Under the pieces are notes generated by a model. That model had not been told where the DNA came from. It made no database searches and was given only the letters and a program-made list of their open reading frames with translations. The position numbers and the translations under genes were made by a program. A DNA stretch of 64,000 nt from Octopus vulgaris (lineage: Eukaryota): positions 104,346,001 to 104,410,000 of the forward strand of contig OX597814.1 of NCBI GenBank assembly GCA_951406725.2. The letters run 5' to 3'. Positions 1-14,974 of this stretch are shown one piece after another; the first letter of the stretch is position 1; each line of letters starts with the position of its first letter.

Positions 1-153
1 ATAGTCATTACATATTCTTGTAGTAAATTCGACTTACAACTGTTTCTGATAGTCATAGATTCGTTCATTGAATAAAACAATGAACGAACCTATAATGAGA
101 ATCGGAAACAACTGTAAGTCATTATCAATAATAAAGGCATAAATAATGACTAT
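1..153. repeat. Imperfect fold-back (MITE-like hairpin), possibly cut by the window edge
   Basis: Nested inverted arms: atagtcatta/taatgactat, gacttaca/tgtaagtc, tgtttc/gaaaca, ttcgttcattg/caatgaacgaa around an aataaaa loop. Confidence 0.6.
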
Positions 154-690
154 TATTTATGACTTGTCTTGTATATCACTCTGTGCGGAAGACCAGCGTC
201 ACTAGGAATACATTCGATATAGAATGGTGATGACTTATAGCCTTGGACCATGCCACAAGAATGCGTGGAGTTCTTTACTAATCTAAAAAGAATTTGTTAG
301 CCTGGTGTATTAACAGAGAGTGTGTGTTGAAAATATATTTGCACAATTACTTGCATCTAAACAAGTATACATACATACATGCATGCTTACATGCATGCAT
401 ATCTACATACAGATAGACATATACAAATGCGCAGTTATGTATTTATCTGTGTGTCTATATACATACATTGAAAGCTGTTTTGTTTAATTGCTTCAAGCCA
501 ATGATATTTAATTTAATTGCTAAATTCTGCTTGAAAATGTCAAACTCAACAGCGGATAGATTTGTCTATTCTTAGGGATTTCATGCTGCCAATTACTTGG
601 GCTGTTGGAATCATGGCTACATGCAGTCAGGACGCATGCATAGACTTCTGTGGAATTCTTATCAATATCTCCTGGTTGACATGATAGAAG

Positions 691-691
691 T

Positions 692-755
<64 letters not shown>

Positions 756-785
756 GCTGCTGCTGCCGCTGCTGCCGCTGCTGCT
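691..785. repeat. (CTA)n/(CTG)n microsatellite
   Basis: Direct reading; explains poly-T/poly-A/poly-V ORFs. Confidence 0.95.
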
Positions 786-909
786 CTAAAATGGTTTCGC
801 CAGAAGTGAATGGGCTTTATTTCCATGTTGTTCATTGCAGATGTTTCATTCCTGTAGAGTTGTATAGCGTAGTAAGAGATATCCCGTTGTTCTGCTATGT
901 TATGTAGTG

Positions 910-1175
910 GTGGAGGCACATGGCCGAGTGGTTAGAGCAGCGGACTCGCGGTCGAGGGATCGGGGGTTCGAATCTCAGACCGGGCGATGTGTGTGTTTAT
1001 GAGCGAAACACCTAAGCTCCACGCGGTTCCAGCAGAAGGTAATGGCGAACTTCTGCTGACTCTTTCGCCACAACTTTCTCTCACTCTTTCCTCCAGCTTC
1101 TTGCAGCTCACCTGCGACGAACCTATACGCCCATGAAACCGGGAAACCGGCCCTTATGAACGAGAAGGAACAAAC
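910..1175 (+). mobile_element. tRNA-derived SINE, family 1, with 13-bp TSD
   Basis: A box tggccgagtgg, B box ggttcgaatc; TSD atgttatgtagtg at 897-909 and 1176-1188; head and body shared with copies at 13.3, 38.2 and 39.6 kb. Confidence 0.9.
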
Positions 1176-2044
1176 ATGTTATGTAGTGTGGGGTGATGTT
1201 GTGTATGGTGCTGTAGCATAGTGGAAGATATGCATCATAGTGAGGGTAGAGTGGAATGTGTATGATGTTGTGTTGTTTGAATTAATGTGGGGATATGATC
1301 CAGTGAGCTGTGTGAGAGAAAGACAATGTTCACGAGTTATTCAGAACCACGGAGGCAAGGAGAAAGGAAGAAAGAAGGAAGGAAGGAAGGAGGTAAGGAA
1401 GTCATCCGCCGGCCTTTGACTTGTTTTGACTGTTCGGAAGACAATGGAATCCGCTAAAGACACCAACGGGTCAAGTTTTGGCGTTAAACCGGGTGATTGA
1501 GTCTACTTCCCATGAAAAAGAACAATCCACCCCAGGGGTATTTACACAGTTTTATTCTCCCAAATTTCACTCCCAAAGTTGGGTTAATGCGCTGTTATCA
1601 ACCCTATTAAGGTGCTGCACAGTTGATTCGAACGGGAAATCACGTTTTGGTTTTGGGAAATTCTGTTTTTGTTATTTGTTATTTTTGTATGGCTGACTCA
1701 GAGGAAGAAAAGAAAGAAAAACAAAAACAAAACTTGAAGGAAATAAACACCACGTGATCAAAAAGAAGAAAAGACATCCTTTGCGTAAATCTTTAGTGAT
1801 ATTGTAGCTGGGAGTATAATGCTCAGACCTAATCTAATCCAGATGCTGGAAACAAGGTTAATGTCTAAAGTAACTACGCGAAATACGACTCTCCCAAATA
1901 TTCCTAAAGATATGTTCTAATAACTGGTCTTTGAACGCGATTCACCAGGAACCTCACTTCCATTGATTAATGTACACATTCGTTGATTAACAAACTAAAC
2001 ATGAGCTATGTATTTCCAACTTTAACACTATATATATATATATA

Positions 2045-2550
2045 GCAAAACTTTAGATTCAGATGAATATGGTACTTAAGTTGAGGCACCAGAATTTAGT
2101 ACGATATTATCCATACAATTTCAAAGTAAGGTGATTAAAATCAAAATAAGCAACAAGGATATCCAGAGATAATGCAGTACGATCGTTTCATGAAACTCCA
2201 TTTAATTGAACAATGCAATCCTTACATCAATTTAAAATGTAGAGCAATCTTCAGCTGCACAAAGACATAGAATTTAATTAAATTAGAACAGATGGACACA
2301 TTAGTATAATTATACCAAAATCTCCAAGAAGTTAAGGAGATAGCTAAAGAACATGTTGTCTCTACTTCAGCATAGAAGTTACTAAAATTATCAAGAAGAC
2401 TCTGCCTGCCACTGATTTTTTTGTCTTTACGGGGTCAGTTTTAATTTATAGACTAGTTTATCGAATCCCTTGTATATCTAAGACTGAGAGAACAGAGGGC
2501 AGTATCTGTTATGGGTAGGGCTGAGTGGAGCAGACAGACATTCTAGTTGG
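2045..2550 (-). repeat. Unclassified interspersed repeat ending in (TA)n
   Basis: Reverse complement aligns by eye with 57050-57435 (tttgtgcagctgaa, tgttcaattaaatggag, ttgcttattttgatttta, ttaagtacc). Confidence 0.7.
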
Positions 2551-3013
2551 TATACATACATATATATATTATATATACATACATATATAGTATATATACA
2601 CACATATATATATTATATACATACATAGATATATAGATATATGCAGATAGATGTGTCACGGGTTTGTTACATTTAAAGACAAGTAACAGGAAATGTACGT
2701 CTTATGTGCGCGCGTGCGTGCGCGTGCGCAAGTGTATGTATTTGTGTGTTTGTGTGTGTATGTGTATGTTCATTACCACTAATGATAATTTAATGAATGT
2801 TTTTCAGGATATATTTAATTTAAACGTTTTTCGTTAACGATTCATAAAAATCCGGTCTTAATTAATTTCAGCCGGAAACAAAAAAGTATTATTTTAATTG
2901 CCGTTTCTTATGTTTCCCTTAAATACGGTTATTATGACTGATTTTTTTTTATATTTTGGGGATAAGGAATTTAAATGAAAAAGGAATTTGAAATCGTGTG
3001 CAGTTCATACAGT

Positions 3014-3055
<42 letters not shown>

Positions 3056-3338
3056 TATACGTACTACCACAATGCCTACTTTCATCCATCCATCCATCCA
3101 TCCATCTGTCCGTCCGTTCGTCCGTCCATCCATCCACCCCTAAGTAACAATATGGATAATTTCGAGCTTTCAAAAAAGAAATCTAACAACTAACTCGCAC
3201 AATACAAATGCAATTTGTAAGCGGAATACTAAAAATATGCAAGAATTTTCTCAAGTTTAAAATGTGGCATTATTTTTGTTACCTACATACCAATGATGGA
3301 GCTTTTTATCTTTGTTCGAAATCCCAGACACACGAAAG

Positions 3339-3369
<31 letters not shown>

Positions 3370-3434
3370 TGTGTGTATATATATATCCAGACACACACAT
3401 ATCGAGTCACATACATATCAACAACAACAAACAC

Positions 3435-3491
<57 letters not shown>

Positions 3492-3979
3492 TACATACAT
3501 ACATCCGGACACACATACCTACACACACATACCGAGTCATATGCACATCAACAACAACAACATACAAACACACACATACACACGACTGCATGCACATGCT
3601 TACACACACAGATAACTTTTAAAATGCTGACTGAGTGCCGTTCCAGCTTTAGTGCCATATTCAGTGTGCCGTGGATGGCAAAGTTTTAGAAATGGCTGTT
3701 TTTCTGAGACATGAAAATAGAATTTCGTAATAAAACACAGAAAGTAATGATATTTTGAGAGAATTTATTGCGAAAGAATGTCTCTGCTGTGGGCTGAGGT
3801 TGTTTTTTTGTATTTTTCGCTAATTTGCTTTCAGGCTTTTAGCATCAAGATTCTTTTATAGAAAATGTATAACGCTGTTTATTATATAACTCAACTAAGG
3901 AGACACACAGCTGCTGAGTATGATGATGATGATGGCGGTGGTAGTAGTGATGATGAGGATGATACGTGTGATGGTGGTA

Positions 3980-4047
<68 letters not shown>

Positions 4048-4065
4048 TACTACTACTACTACTAC

Positions 4066-4140
<75 letters not shown>

Positions 4141-4148
4141 CATTATTA
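3980..4148. repeat. (TTA)n/(CTA)n microsatellite
   Basis: Direct reading. Confidence 0.95.
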
Positions 4149-4326
4149 TATTGCCTTTGCACAACTTCTAACGCTAGAGATGTACTACTACCAGTTTTTT
4201 ACTACCAGTGAACTAAGCTAACACGCCTTATTTTTCGAGCACCATCCGGAGTATTCGAGCGGTTCCAAGCAGTGCTGTTTTCTGCAGGTGCTCCACCCTT
4301 ATTGCAGCCCCTATTTGTTCCACGTA
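4149..4326 (-). mobile_element. 5'-truncated R4/Dong-like (REL endonuclease) LINE 3' end
   Basis: Minus strand translates YVEQIGAAIRVEHLQKTALLGTARILRMVLEK*, the C-terminal LQKxxLLGTA motif; short 3' UTR runs into (TAA)n. Confidence 0.8.
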
Positions 4327-5469
4327 TTATTGTTATTATGTATTGGAGGATGCTTATTGCCCCTGAATGTTATTGTACAACTCCCGTCACCTTCTCGGCA
4401 CTAGTGGGAGGGTTGGGGGCGGAAGAGACCATCACAATTCACGGGTTACTATTGTAGCAGGAAGACTAGAATTAAGAATACCTCCTTCAGATTGGAGACC
4501 TATCACACTTAGAACACAACAATCCAATGACCAGAGAGCGATGGTGGAGTTAAATTGGGTGAGGAATTAAGGCCACCACATAACATAACAAAATGTGACT
4601 CAGGTATTCAATCAAGTGAGAGGTTAATGAGTACAAGTTCGATTGTTCAATTACCTCTACAAACGCAATCTCTGTGTTATGACATGTTTAGGTTATGACG
4701 CATTTGTCATAAGATATATCCGTTTTCCGTGACGATAAATGTTTTCCGTGACGATAAATGTATTTAATTCTGTTGTGTCTGATTTTACCGGTGAGTGTGT
4801 TACATTATAAGGCACAAAAAGAAAATGACTCTCCCCAGACACAACAGAATATGCTTCAACACACGAACTCATATAAAGAATCTTGCAAACCAAATCCAAA
4901 AACGAAATGTATTTAATATTTATATAAAATGCAATGAAGGTGACGGTTGGCTGAATCAACAGGTTGTTGGATCAATCCCTGAGAAAGTAAATACTATATT
5001 TACTTGCGTAGGAGTCGCACTCTTTTACTCACAATTTTAGCTGAAACAACTGGAGTACAACTTTTATACGGTGGAAAGCTAAAATTATGGAGGAAAAAAA
5101 TTGTACTAAGATTTAAAACCAAATTAGGGATGTAACGTATAAACGGGTAAATATGGTTTGTATTTCTAATGGTAGGTTGAGTCAATGATGGTGGTGGTGT
5201 TGGGGTGGGGAGAGGGTAAATCTTAAAACCCAATAATCTAGTATTGAATGTTAAATATGTTTAAATTGATATAATCTAAATCTTAATTGGCACCATTGAG
5301 AGGCACAAGGGTCTACTAAAACACTACAAGAAGAGAAAAATTCCTTGAGGACCAGATCGACCTTATCGATAATGTTGAACTCTGTAGATCAGTAGATTTC
5401 AGAGTTGGGACTTCAAACTTCACTGAATTCAACTTTGTGTTTCGTCTATCACGGTTACTTATATAAGTA

Positions 5470-6080
5470 CAGCAATCCCTCGACTATCGCGGGTGTTACG
5501 TTCCAACCCCACTCCCGCGATGGGTGAAAATCCGCGAAGGAGAAACAGTACTTACTGTATATTTTTTATTTTTATAATTTGTATATATTTATTTTATTAT
5601 AAACTAGCAGTATCGCCCAGCGTTGCTCGGGTTTGTTTCGACACCTTAACAATTGGAATTTTTGAAAAGTAAAAATTTTGCATTATGTAGTTTGTTATTC
5701 TCTTTAAGTGAACATTTTTCCGGTTGAAATACACCGAAAAATGGGGACACAGCAGTAAAAAAATCGTAAAAAAATCGGGATTTTCATAGAAAAAGAAGCA
5801 CCTTTTTGATGTAAATAATTTTTGGTGTTAACATGGTCCGATTTGAATTTTTTCTTCTACGGATGGAAGAGCAAGCCTTCTTCTATCATACCCTCAATTT
5901 TGGTCAACTTGCACCGCAGGGTCTCGGAGGAGATAGTGTTAGTTGAAGGCTACCAAACCTGCTACACACACACAACTTCAGCTTTATGTATATAGATGTA
6001 AAACAACACCACGGAGGAATAGACGTCAGCTTAAAGAATAAACTACGATAGGTGAACCGCGATATGGCGAGGGATTACTG
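5470..6080. mobile_element. pogo/Tigger-type MITE interrupted by a Helitron
   Basis: TA + TIR cagcaatccctcg ... cgagggattactg. Confidence 0.75.
5604..5996 (-). mobile_element. Non-autonomous Helitron, family A
   Basis: 5' TC, 3' hairpin cccgagcaacgctggg then CTAG, inserted between A and T with no TSD; close match to 46974-47362. Confidence 0.9.
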
Positions 6081-7312
6081 CACATATAATATAAGTACTT
6101 GTAATATTCTGGGGTCTACAGGACTTATTGATAATAAACCGTGTATCTTAGAAAACAATAACGAGTTTTTATGTCACAATATGACATCATTATTAAAATA
6201 AAACGTAATTCTATTGATTTAGTGGAACGGATTAAAAAATAAAACCGACGGCTTTAGGTCGATATGAACTCAGAAACTGGTGCACCAAAATATATACAAC
6301 AACAACAACAATTTGATCCAGTTACTAATGTTTGTTATGCATTCTAACGTTTGGTAAATATTTACATTTCTAAGTTTCTCATGAATTACAAAGAACAGAG
6401 TTTAGATTCGGTGTTAAACGGATGAGGGGACAGTTGTCGCCGACTCTGACAATAATCAATTATGATTCCTCTCTCTTTATCTGGCTACACATACTCGTGT
6501 ATGTCTGTCTGTGCGTTTCCATGTTATCTCCATTCGTATTCCATGTTATCCTTTTGTACCAATTCCCTTATTCACTTGCGTCACACACTGAAACTTTTCC
6601 TGTTACTATTCGTGGTTTTCTCAATTAATTTACAACTTCTCTTCTTTCTCTCATCTCTCTCTCTCTCTTTTTCTTTCTCTAGTTATCCTCATTCTATTGA
6701 CCCTTTGCTTTCCTCTCTCCCTCCATTCTGCTTACTTCGTTTCCCAGCGTTCCCCTCCCTCTCTCCCTCCCACGCTCTCCTCCTCCCATCTCTCTATCTC
6801 TTCTTCCATTCTGTTTTATCCACATTTTTACTATTTTCTTTTCTCATATCGAACAAAAAATTATTTTGTTATATTTGTTTTCTTGCTTTAATTTTAGTCC
6901 CTTTACTTGTCCTTTCCGCCAGTTTTTAAACTGTTCATGTTCGTATAGTAGTTTTCCTTGCCGCATTCCTTGTTACTTCCACCTAACCACTTTATCATCA
7001 TTTCTCATCTATTTGTCTCATCTTTACTGTTGTCCACGTCTCACTGTGGACTGTTTAACTATATTTCATTGGTCCACCACCGTCTCTTCTTAACTGAGTG
7101 AAACCTTATTAACTTCTTGGCATTCATGGCACGGACTAGAGTTAAGGAGTTCTATCTTTAGCGCCGAAACTGCATATTTCTTAGTTTTTACAGCTGATGA
7201 TAATTCTCCGGTTGTTCCATCTGTATACAAGTTATCCTGTTGCATTTTTCTTTGCTTGTTTGTGGGTAGCATGAATTATAAGGAGTGGCTTTCATCTTTG
7301 AATGCATGTGCG

Positions 7313-7357
<45 letters not shown>

Positions 7358-7700
7358 CGTGTGTGTGTGTATGTGTGTGACCTATCCCAATGGTAGGGAT
7401 CTAAAATGATTTATGTTGCAGAGAAACAAGGAATAATAACTCTGAATATTTTGGCGACGTTGTTTGGGAAGAATGGACGGGAAAGAATACGTTCAAGAGA
7501 TGTCTGGTGCGTGCATATGTGTGCGCATGTATGAGTATGGTATGTATATGCGTGTATGTTTGTGGATGGACGTGTTTTCTGGGTGGAAAATAATTTCAAA
7601 CCAAAACACAGAATATATTAATAAGAAAAAGTAAAAACAAGTTTCTTTATGGAACATAATTACAATTATCGATCACAGACATAACAATATATATGTATAT

Positions 7701-7741
<41 letters not shown>

Positions 7742-7959
7742 TTATGTGTATATGTATGTATACATGCATGTATATATATAATTATGTGTATATATGTATG
7801 TATACAATCATGTATATATATATATATATAAATATAAATATATATATATATGTATGTATATATATACTTATGTGTATATGTATGTATACTTACATATATA
7901 TATATACTTATGTGTATATGTATGTATACATACATGTATATATATATATAATATAAATA

Positions 7960-8181
7960 ATATATATACATGCAGACGTACACACGCATTCCTACATATA
8001 TATGTATATATGCATTCATATATGGGTACAGGACGTCAAAAAAAAAACGTGAACAAAATGAGAAACGAGAACATAAAAAAACAAAAGCATGGGAGACGAA
8101 CTTTTTTCGAACAACGAAAGAAACAAATAGAGAAACGAGGCAGGCAACATAAAGAACAATCCTTTCATCAGTTGTCCCCTG

Positions 8182-8185
<4 letters not shown>
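7960..8185 (-). repeat. Unclassified TA-microsatellite-associated repeat (copies or parts at 16410-16680, 17650-17745, 57990-58170)
   Basis: Shared text acaggggacaactgaygaa, gtgaacaaaatgagaaacgagaacat, gtcctgtacccatat. Confidence 0.75.
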
Positions 8186-8218
<33 letters not shown>

Positions 8219-8411
8219 GAAGATAAGTCAGACACAAAGGAATAACATTTGACCAGTTGTAGTATGTATTCAGTGATTGTTTCAAAATATTTGATTTCTT
8301 TTGTTTTCCCTGATGTTTTCTTTTGTTGAGAATGACTTGAAAAGATAGTCGTAGACATTTTCTCTTTTGGATGACGACACTTGAAAATAATGAAGAATAA
8401 AGAGAAGAAAA

Positions 8412-8447
<36 letters not shown>

Positions 8448-9059
8448 AACGCCATCATGTTACAGGGAGGACGGAAAACGCATCAGAATGGCCAAGATTG
8501 ATGAAATGGAATTCAGAGAATGCTGGAATCCCAGGCTGGACAAACGAGTGGAATCTCGATAATACACAGAAGCAGAAGTCTGTTGTTAGTGTTAACTTTC
8601 CAGGTGAAAACCTTCTGTCCCCCCACCCACCCACCCACAACCGCTAGTTTATCGTTTCCGGTGAAGTCTCAAATGAATGTTAGATATGAGATGGTCATAG
8701 CTAACTGCTATTGATTGGCTGTAATCGATATTTCCAGTGTTCGATATAGATTTATTCCTTTTATCAGTTGAATAGACTTCGGTGTAATATTATGAACTCT
8801 TATTCCCAGCAGTTGAGAAGTTTCCACCATTTACGTTTCTTAAAATATTGATTTCCAACAGAGAAACGCAGTTTCCTTTTTGTGGGATTCGTAGAATCGA
8901 TTGATTCAACTTCAGTTAATGACTAGTTGTTATTTTATCCCCGCTGGAATCACAAAAAAACTGTAAGAATTGAGCTCAAAATATTAAGGCACGTTTCTAA
9001 ATATTGCAGGACATTTTTGACGACAGCTAATCTTTTACTTTATCCGCTAAGCTTCTGGA

Positions 9060-9900
9060 AAGTGTTCTCTAGAAAGATCTATATTGAACACTGGAAACAT
9101 CATCAACACCCTTGTCTTCTACAAATTCTCTATAAAATGCAAGGCTTCATGGACCGCTGACTGCATTTCGTGACTAGTTAGAGAATTGAGTGTCAGACAA
9201 TATGCTAGATGCCAGGAGTCCAATCTTGGTCTTTAATTGACCCAGGACTGGGTCAGATAAACGAGCGGTTGGAAAATACAACAAATGATAGTCTCAACTC
9301 AGTCCCAGCGTATTCTCTGTCGTGGAATCCCACATTCTCTGTGCAGAAAGTGGAGACAATAGATGAATCTTTTGATCGGTGTAACGTATTCCATCCACAC
9401 GAAACGAAATAGCAGACGATCGAATCTAGTAAGATGCGACCTGGGGATAGACATGACGATTATACTGTAATAAATAAATAAGAGAGGTTATGTATATGTT
9501 CGTCCGAACTTTCAAGGATAGATTCTCCTCAGTCCAGATTCTGGGTGAGAATGGCCAACCTACTCGCAAAATCTTTCTACATTCTGTTTATCAGAATGAT
9601 TTTCTTTTGATTGCACCACAAAAGGAAAGTTGCTTTAGTAACCCACAGTGTCAGCCTTTCAGGTTTTGTTTCTCCAATTGTCAATTCTGTTTCCATTTCA
9701 AATTACTTTAGTGTTGGTTTGAACATCTCCGTTTCCAAGCTGTCCGTCACCACCGTTACGTTAATATCTTCCTGGTATGAATGCATGGCTTACTGCATTC
9801 AACTTTAAGCAGGATGTATTTTAACACCTATAGTTTCCGCAGCAATGGCTCAGTTGCCAAAACATACAGATGTGAACATTTAGAGGACATTCATGGCGTA
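9060..9900 (-). mobile_element. Highly degenerate L1/Tx1-like LINE ORF2 fragment
   Basis: Broken frames read LKVRTNIYITSLIY and LTRFDRLLFRFVW...CGIP, resembling the post-RT region of L1/Tx1 ORF2. Confidence 0.4.
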
Positions 9901-10174
9901 GCCTGTGTGTAATTCGAGATGGATCCAATAGATATTCATAAGTTCTAACCACAGAACAAACAGCAATCTGGAAACCAACGTATTACCAGAAGAGTACAAA
10001 GGCTAACAAAACAGTATGTAAAGAGCGGTTACTGGTGAACAAGGTTATCATAGAAGGGGAAACATACCTTCTGATGTGGTCTACTAACACAATTCTACAT
10101 TCTCAACAATCATTGTCGTACATACCTCAGGAATACTCAGGGGGTACTCAGGGGTGTCCTCGTAACTCGCAGTC

Positions 10175-11530
10175 TCTGGCACGTATAGAATTACCAAAAG
10201 AGGGAAGTAATGAAACAAATTGAAAAAGTATCTTGGCATACAAGAGTTCAATGAAATAATGGAGAAAGAAATAAGAGAACAGCTGAAGAAAGAGTATTTC
10301 TGAAGACTATGATTGGTATTGCGCTCAAAAATTGAGTGAATGGAATAAAACACAAGCTGTAAATACATGGGCGATGGAATCCCTTAAGTATGGAGCGGGA
10401 ATCATAAACTGGTAAAAGACTGAATTGATGAGTATGGATACGAAGACAAGGAAACTATTGCAGAACACGGAGTCTTCCATCCCAAAAGTGACACTGATAT
10501 ATTATACTTGTTTAGAAGAAGGAGTGGGAGATGTTTGATCAGTTGCCCGGATTATGAGGAAAACAGTTTAGGGTGGTATGTAAAACTTGCCCGGGAACCA
10601 TTGATGCCGATGAAGAATTCTGGCATCGTCAGGGCTGATAATTGTGTTACAAAATAAAAATTTAAAGTGGAGAAATGGCATAGAAAAGAAAGAAAATGTA
10701 CGGTCAGTTTGCAAAATATACAAGCAGAAAGACATACAGAAGAACGGTAGTTATGGATGCAGAAGAGTGACCTGAAGATAGAAACGGAAGCACTTATATG
10801 CGCAGCACAAGAATAAGCATTAGGGACAAACTATGTGAAATGCAGAATTGATAAAATAACTGAGAGCGATAAGGGCAGAATGTGTGATGAGAGGGGTAAA
10901 ACAGTTAGGCACTTTGTTAGTGAATGCCCGAAATTGGCAAAACGTGAATACAAAAAGGTGAAATGACAATGTAGCAAGAATGATCGATTGGGAGCTTTGT
11001 GGAAATGATGGCCTCGAAAGATCAAAGACGTGCTTTGGCCAAATCCCAGAAAGAGTTACTGAGAATGAGGACTGCAACATTCTCTAGGATGGTGGTTACT
11101 GTGTTTAATCTGGTGGTCACAGTGTGGCCACCAGATTAAACATCGGGAATCTGAGAGTATCGTGGAGAATAAGAAAGAAAAACGTGCTTGGTAATTGAAA
11201 AAGCATGTTCTGGTGACAACAGGATCGAAGAGAAAGAAAAAGAAAAGTGAACAACTATGCTGAACTGAAGCAGGTCGTGGACAACGAAGAGAGTGGACGT
11301 GATATGAATTGTGAAGTATCAGTAGCCTACTACCAATGTGGCCCCAAAAGGATTGGAACAACTGTAAAAATAGAACACCTACAAAAATCAGAATTGCTTG
11401 GAACTGCAAGATGTCTGCAGGGTTCTTGAAGCATGATCGATAGATAATTGTCACCTTAGTTTGCTGACTGTGGACAGCTGAAATTTTCCATTATACCCAG
11501 TAAAATTACACTGAAAGTTTTCATGATAAC
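10175..11530 (+). mobile_element. Degenerate R4/Dong-like non-LTR retrotransposon (RT end, CCHC knuckle, REL endonuclease)
   Basis: KYLGIQE; AVNTWAMESLKYGAGIINW; HPKSDTDILYL; ETEALICAAQE; GRMCDERGKTVRHFVSEC; IEHLQKSELLGTAR; many stops and frameshifts. Confidence 0.9.
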
Positions 11531-12455
11531 AATAACCATTCATTATTGGTTCCAAGAGTCGCGAAAAGCATTTATGACAATAAAATGACAAAGAGCAGTC
11601 AGTGGGGATCAGGGTTAACATCGTATAAAGAATACAAAAACAAATAATAATTAAGAAACATTTTTAACAAATTCAGCAATAGAGGAAAACACCACCCAGG
11701 GGCAACCAAGAAACCCCACAGGTTCTGAACCACCCTATTCACCGAGAATACAATGGCAAGTTCTCCTCTCTTCTGCTCTCTTTTCAGCCTATAGGTGCCA
11801 GCACAGAGAAAGCCCACTCACTCGAGTTATTCTCGCCTCATTTAGCCATCTTTCAACAAATTTATTGTGTTGGACAGCACATCCAAACAATAAGAAGTGT
11901 CTGTACTTTTATCGAGATAGATATCTTATTTTGTGGTTATGAAATTTGTTGATATCCCAATTATAATATTGTTATTTGTCTGAATACGCTCATAATCTGC
12001 ATAGTAAAAAAGTGATGTATTATACGATAATATTTGCTTTATCGTATAAAACGCTTGGAATAATATTTAAACTACAAGTCTAAGTCTATCATTGATTTAA
12101 CGTTGAGCTTATTGCCAACATCTACAGGATAGAGAGAATAGAAAGATTTTATGGTTTTGGAAATATAAAAAAAAAAAAATGTGCATTTTCAGTTTCTTAC
12201 GTACCTTCACATATATACACACGCTCATATTTATAGTACATAGCTACACTTGTTTATATATACATATTTATTTTTGTATATGATCAAAGAATGCAATGCT
12301 TTACGCTATAAAATCCATTTAAGTAGAATTTTCCATTTTTAATGTGAAAAAAAGAAAAATGGCAAACTTGACGAGAATAGCGATATGACACATCAAACCA
12401 CACACACATATTCACCATACACACACATTTATAGACACACACATATATGCATATG

Positions 12456-12518
<63 letters not shown>

Positions 12519-13198
12519 GTATACACATATATATGCCTGTATGTATTAACGAACAATAGATGGAAAAAATGGTTGTTTTTGGTGAAAATATTTTTTTTTA
12601 GACTTTAATTTCCTTTTTCCATTATCTCGAAACATGAAACGAGTCATTGAGGCAGCCTCCTCACATTTGCTCAACCCCTTGTACACAGTAATCAAGTCTT
12701 CCTCAAATGACACTCTGATGTCTGAAAAAAAAAAAAAAAGAAATGAAAAATGCAACGGATAATGTCGTCTTAGGTATATTATGTCTGAAAAAAAGAAAAA
12801 GAAAAAAAACGAGACGATATTGTCACGGCTAGGATCCTGGATCAGGTCTGACCAGGGGCTAAACAATATTGTCATCGTTGTCAACACCACTTCTGCATCA
12901 CTATCATCGCATCGTCATTATAAAAGCGAGAAAGGCTCTACACACACCGGCTAGCTAGAGATAGCAAACCAAACGACACCCTGCCACTTCATAGGGAAGA
13001 ACACGTCGGACAGTGTCATAGTTACTTACACATAGGAAACAAAATAGCTTCGGTTGGGAATTGAAACCGAGTCGAGGACTCAACGTGTCCGGAATTATAT
13101 CTTATTCTGACGTTCTTCCTATGTCTTCTACAAGATTTTGAGGGAAGGTGGTTAGTCAATACCATCAATCTCAATACCTTTCTCTCTCTCCCTCTACC

Positions 13199-13291
<93 letters not shown>

Positions 13292-13292
13292 A

Positions 13293-13595
13293 TAACCGTG
13301 ACGGACCAGGCTATCAGATGTTGCAACACATCGCTGGTCATAATGCGTTTCGCATTGTTTTAGCCTTCAAATGACGCCACCCCACTGGCTAAGCAAGCAG
13401 GCCAACAGAAGAAAGAGTGAGAGAAAGTTGTGGCGACAAAGTACAGCAGGGATCGCCACCACCCCTGCCGGACCTCGTGGAGCTTTTAGGTGGCTTTCGC
13501 TCAATAAACACTCACAAAGCCCGGTCTGGGAATCGAAACCGCGCTCCTACAACCGCGAGTCCGCTGCCCTAACTACTGGGCCATTGTGCCTCCAC
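13293..13595 (-). mobile_element. tRNA-derived SINE, family 1
   Basis: Head gtggaggcacaatggcccagtagttagggcagcggactcgcgg, B box gtttcgattcc; flanked by (AC)n. Confidence 0.9.
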
Positions 13596-13792
13596 ACACA
13601 CACACACATAGACACACACAGACACACACACACACATACACATATATGTGCATACACGCACCGTTTTGTCGTTTGTAAGACGAGGGAAAGAGTTCATTAT
13701 CTGAAAACAAGTGAGGGTTAGTGACAGAAAAAGCCGCCGTCCGCTGCAAAAACAATCCCAAAAGGTCTCGTCTAACCATGTATATATATATA

Positions 13793-13873
<81 letters not shown>

Positions 13874-14537
13874 ATAAGTATATACATATCATAGAGATAT
13901 AAGCATACACACTTAAGCCAGGTTACTGTTCTCTCCCTTTTGTCTCCAACCATTTCCTTACTCTGGGTCAATTCAACATGCGCAACCGTAAATGCAGACA
14001 CAATTTCCACTCCCTTTTTCCCTTTCTCCATCTGTTTTCTCTCCATATTCCTTTCTGTAGGAGAGCACAGGCTCGACACGTCAAATTCTCTTCCCTTTTC
14101 CCTGAATGTCAACCTATACACTTTGTTTTTACCGGTCCCAGTCTTTGGTTTTTCAAATTTTTTGTACAATTTTGTGTGTAGAGAGAAGTGTCGAAACCAA
14201 GCTGATATCCGTTAAGCAGCTGAAGAGGGAATTTCCGCTTTTGCTATGTTCATTCCTCTGTTGCTAGGGTTTTCAATATACATATATATACTATATATGT
14301 AGTTATAGTTATTTATGTTTACAAGCTTTGGTGCAGGACCCTGATATGTGTTTATTTTAAGATTTATTGAATTTTTTTTTACATATTCTTAAGTTAGATA
14401 TTTGATTCTGGAATTGTTAAAGACTGTCGGTTAGTTTTGTTCCATACATTTAGGATTGTCTTTATTTAGGTTATATAATTTTTTTAGATGAGTGGCATAA
14501 CTTTCTTAATTTAACGATATAGGGTAATTACGTTTCA

Positions 14538-14950
<413 letters not shown>

Positions 14951-14974
14951 ATGCATGTATGCATTTGTGTGTGT

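Noticed and set aside
910-985. tRNA gene-like sequences (also 13520-13595, 38470-38546, 39875-39951, 63725-63800)
   Set aside because: No proper acceptor stem; they continue into repeated SINE bodies, one with a TSD
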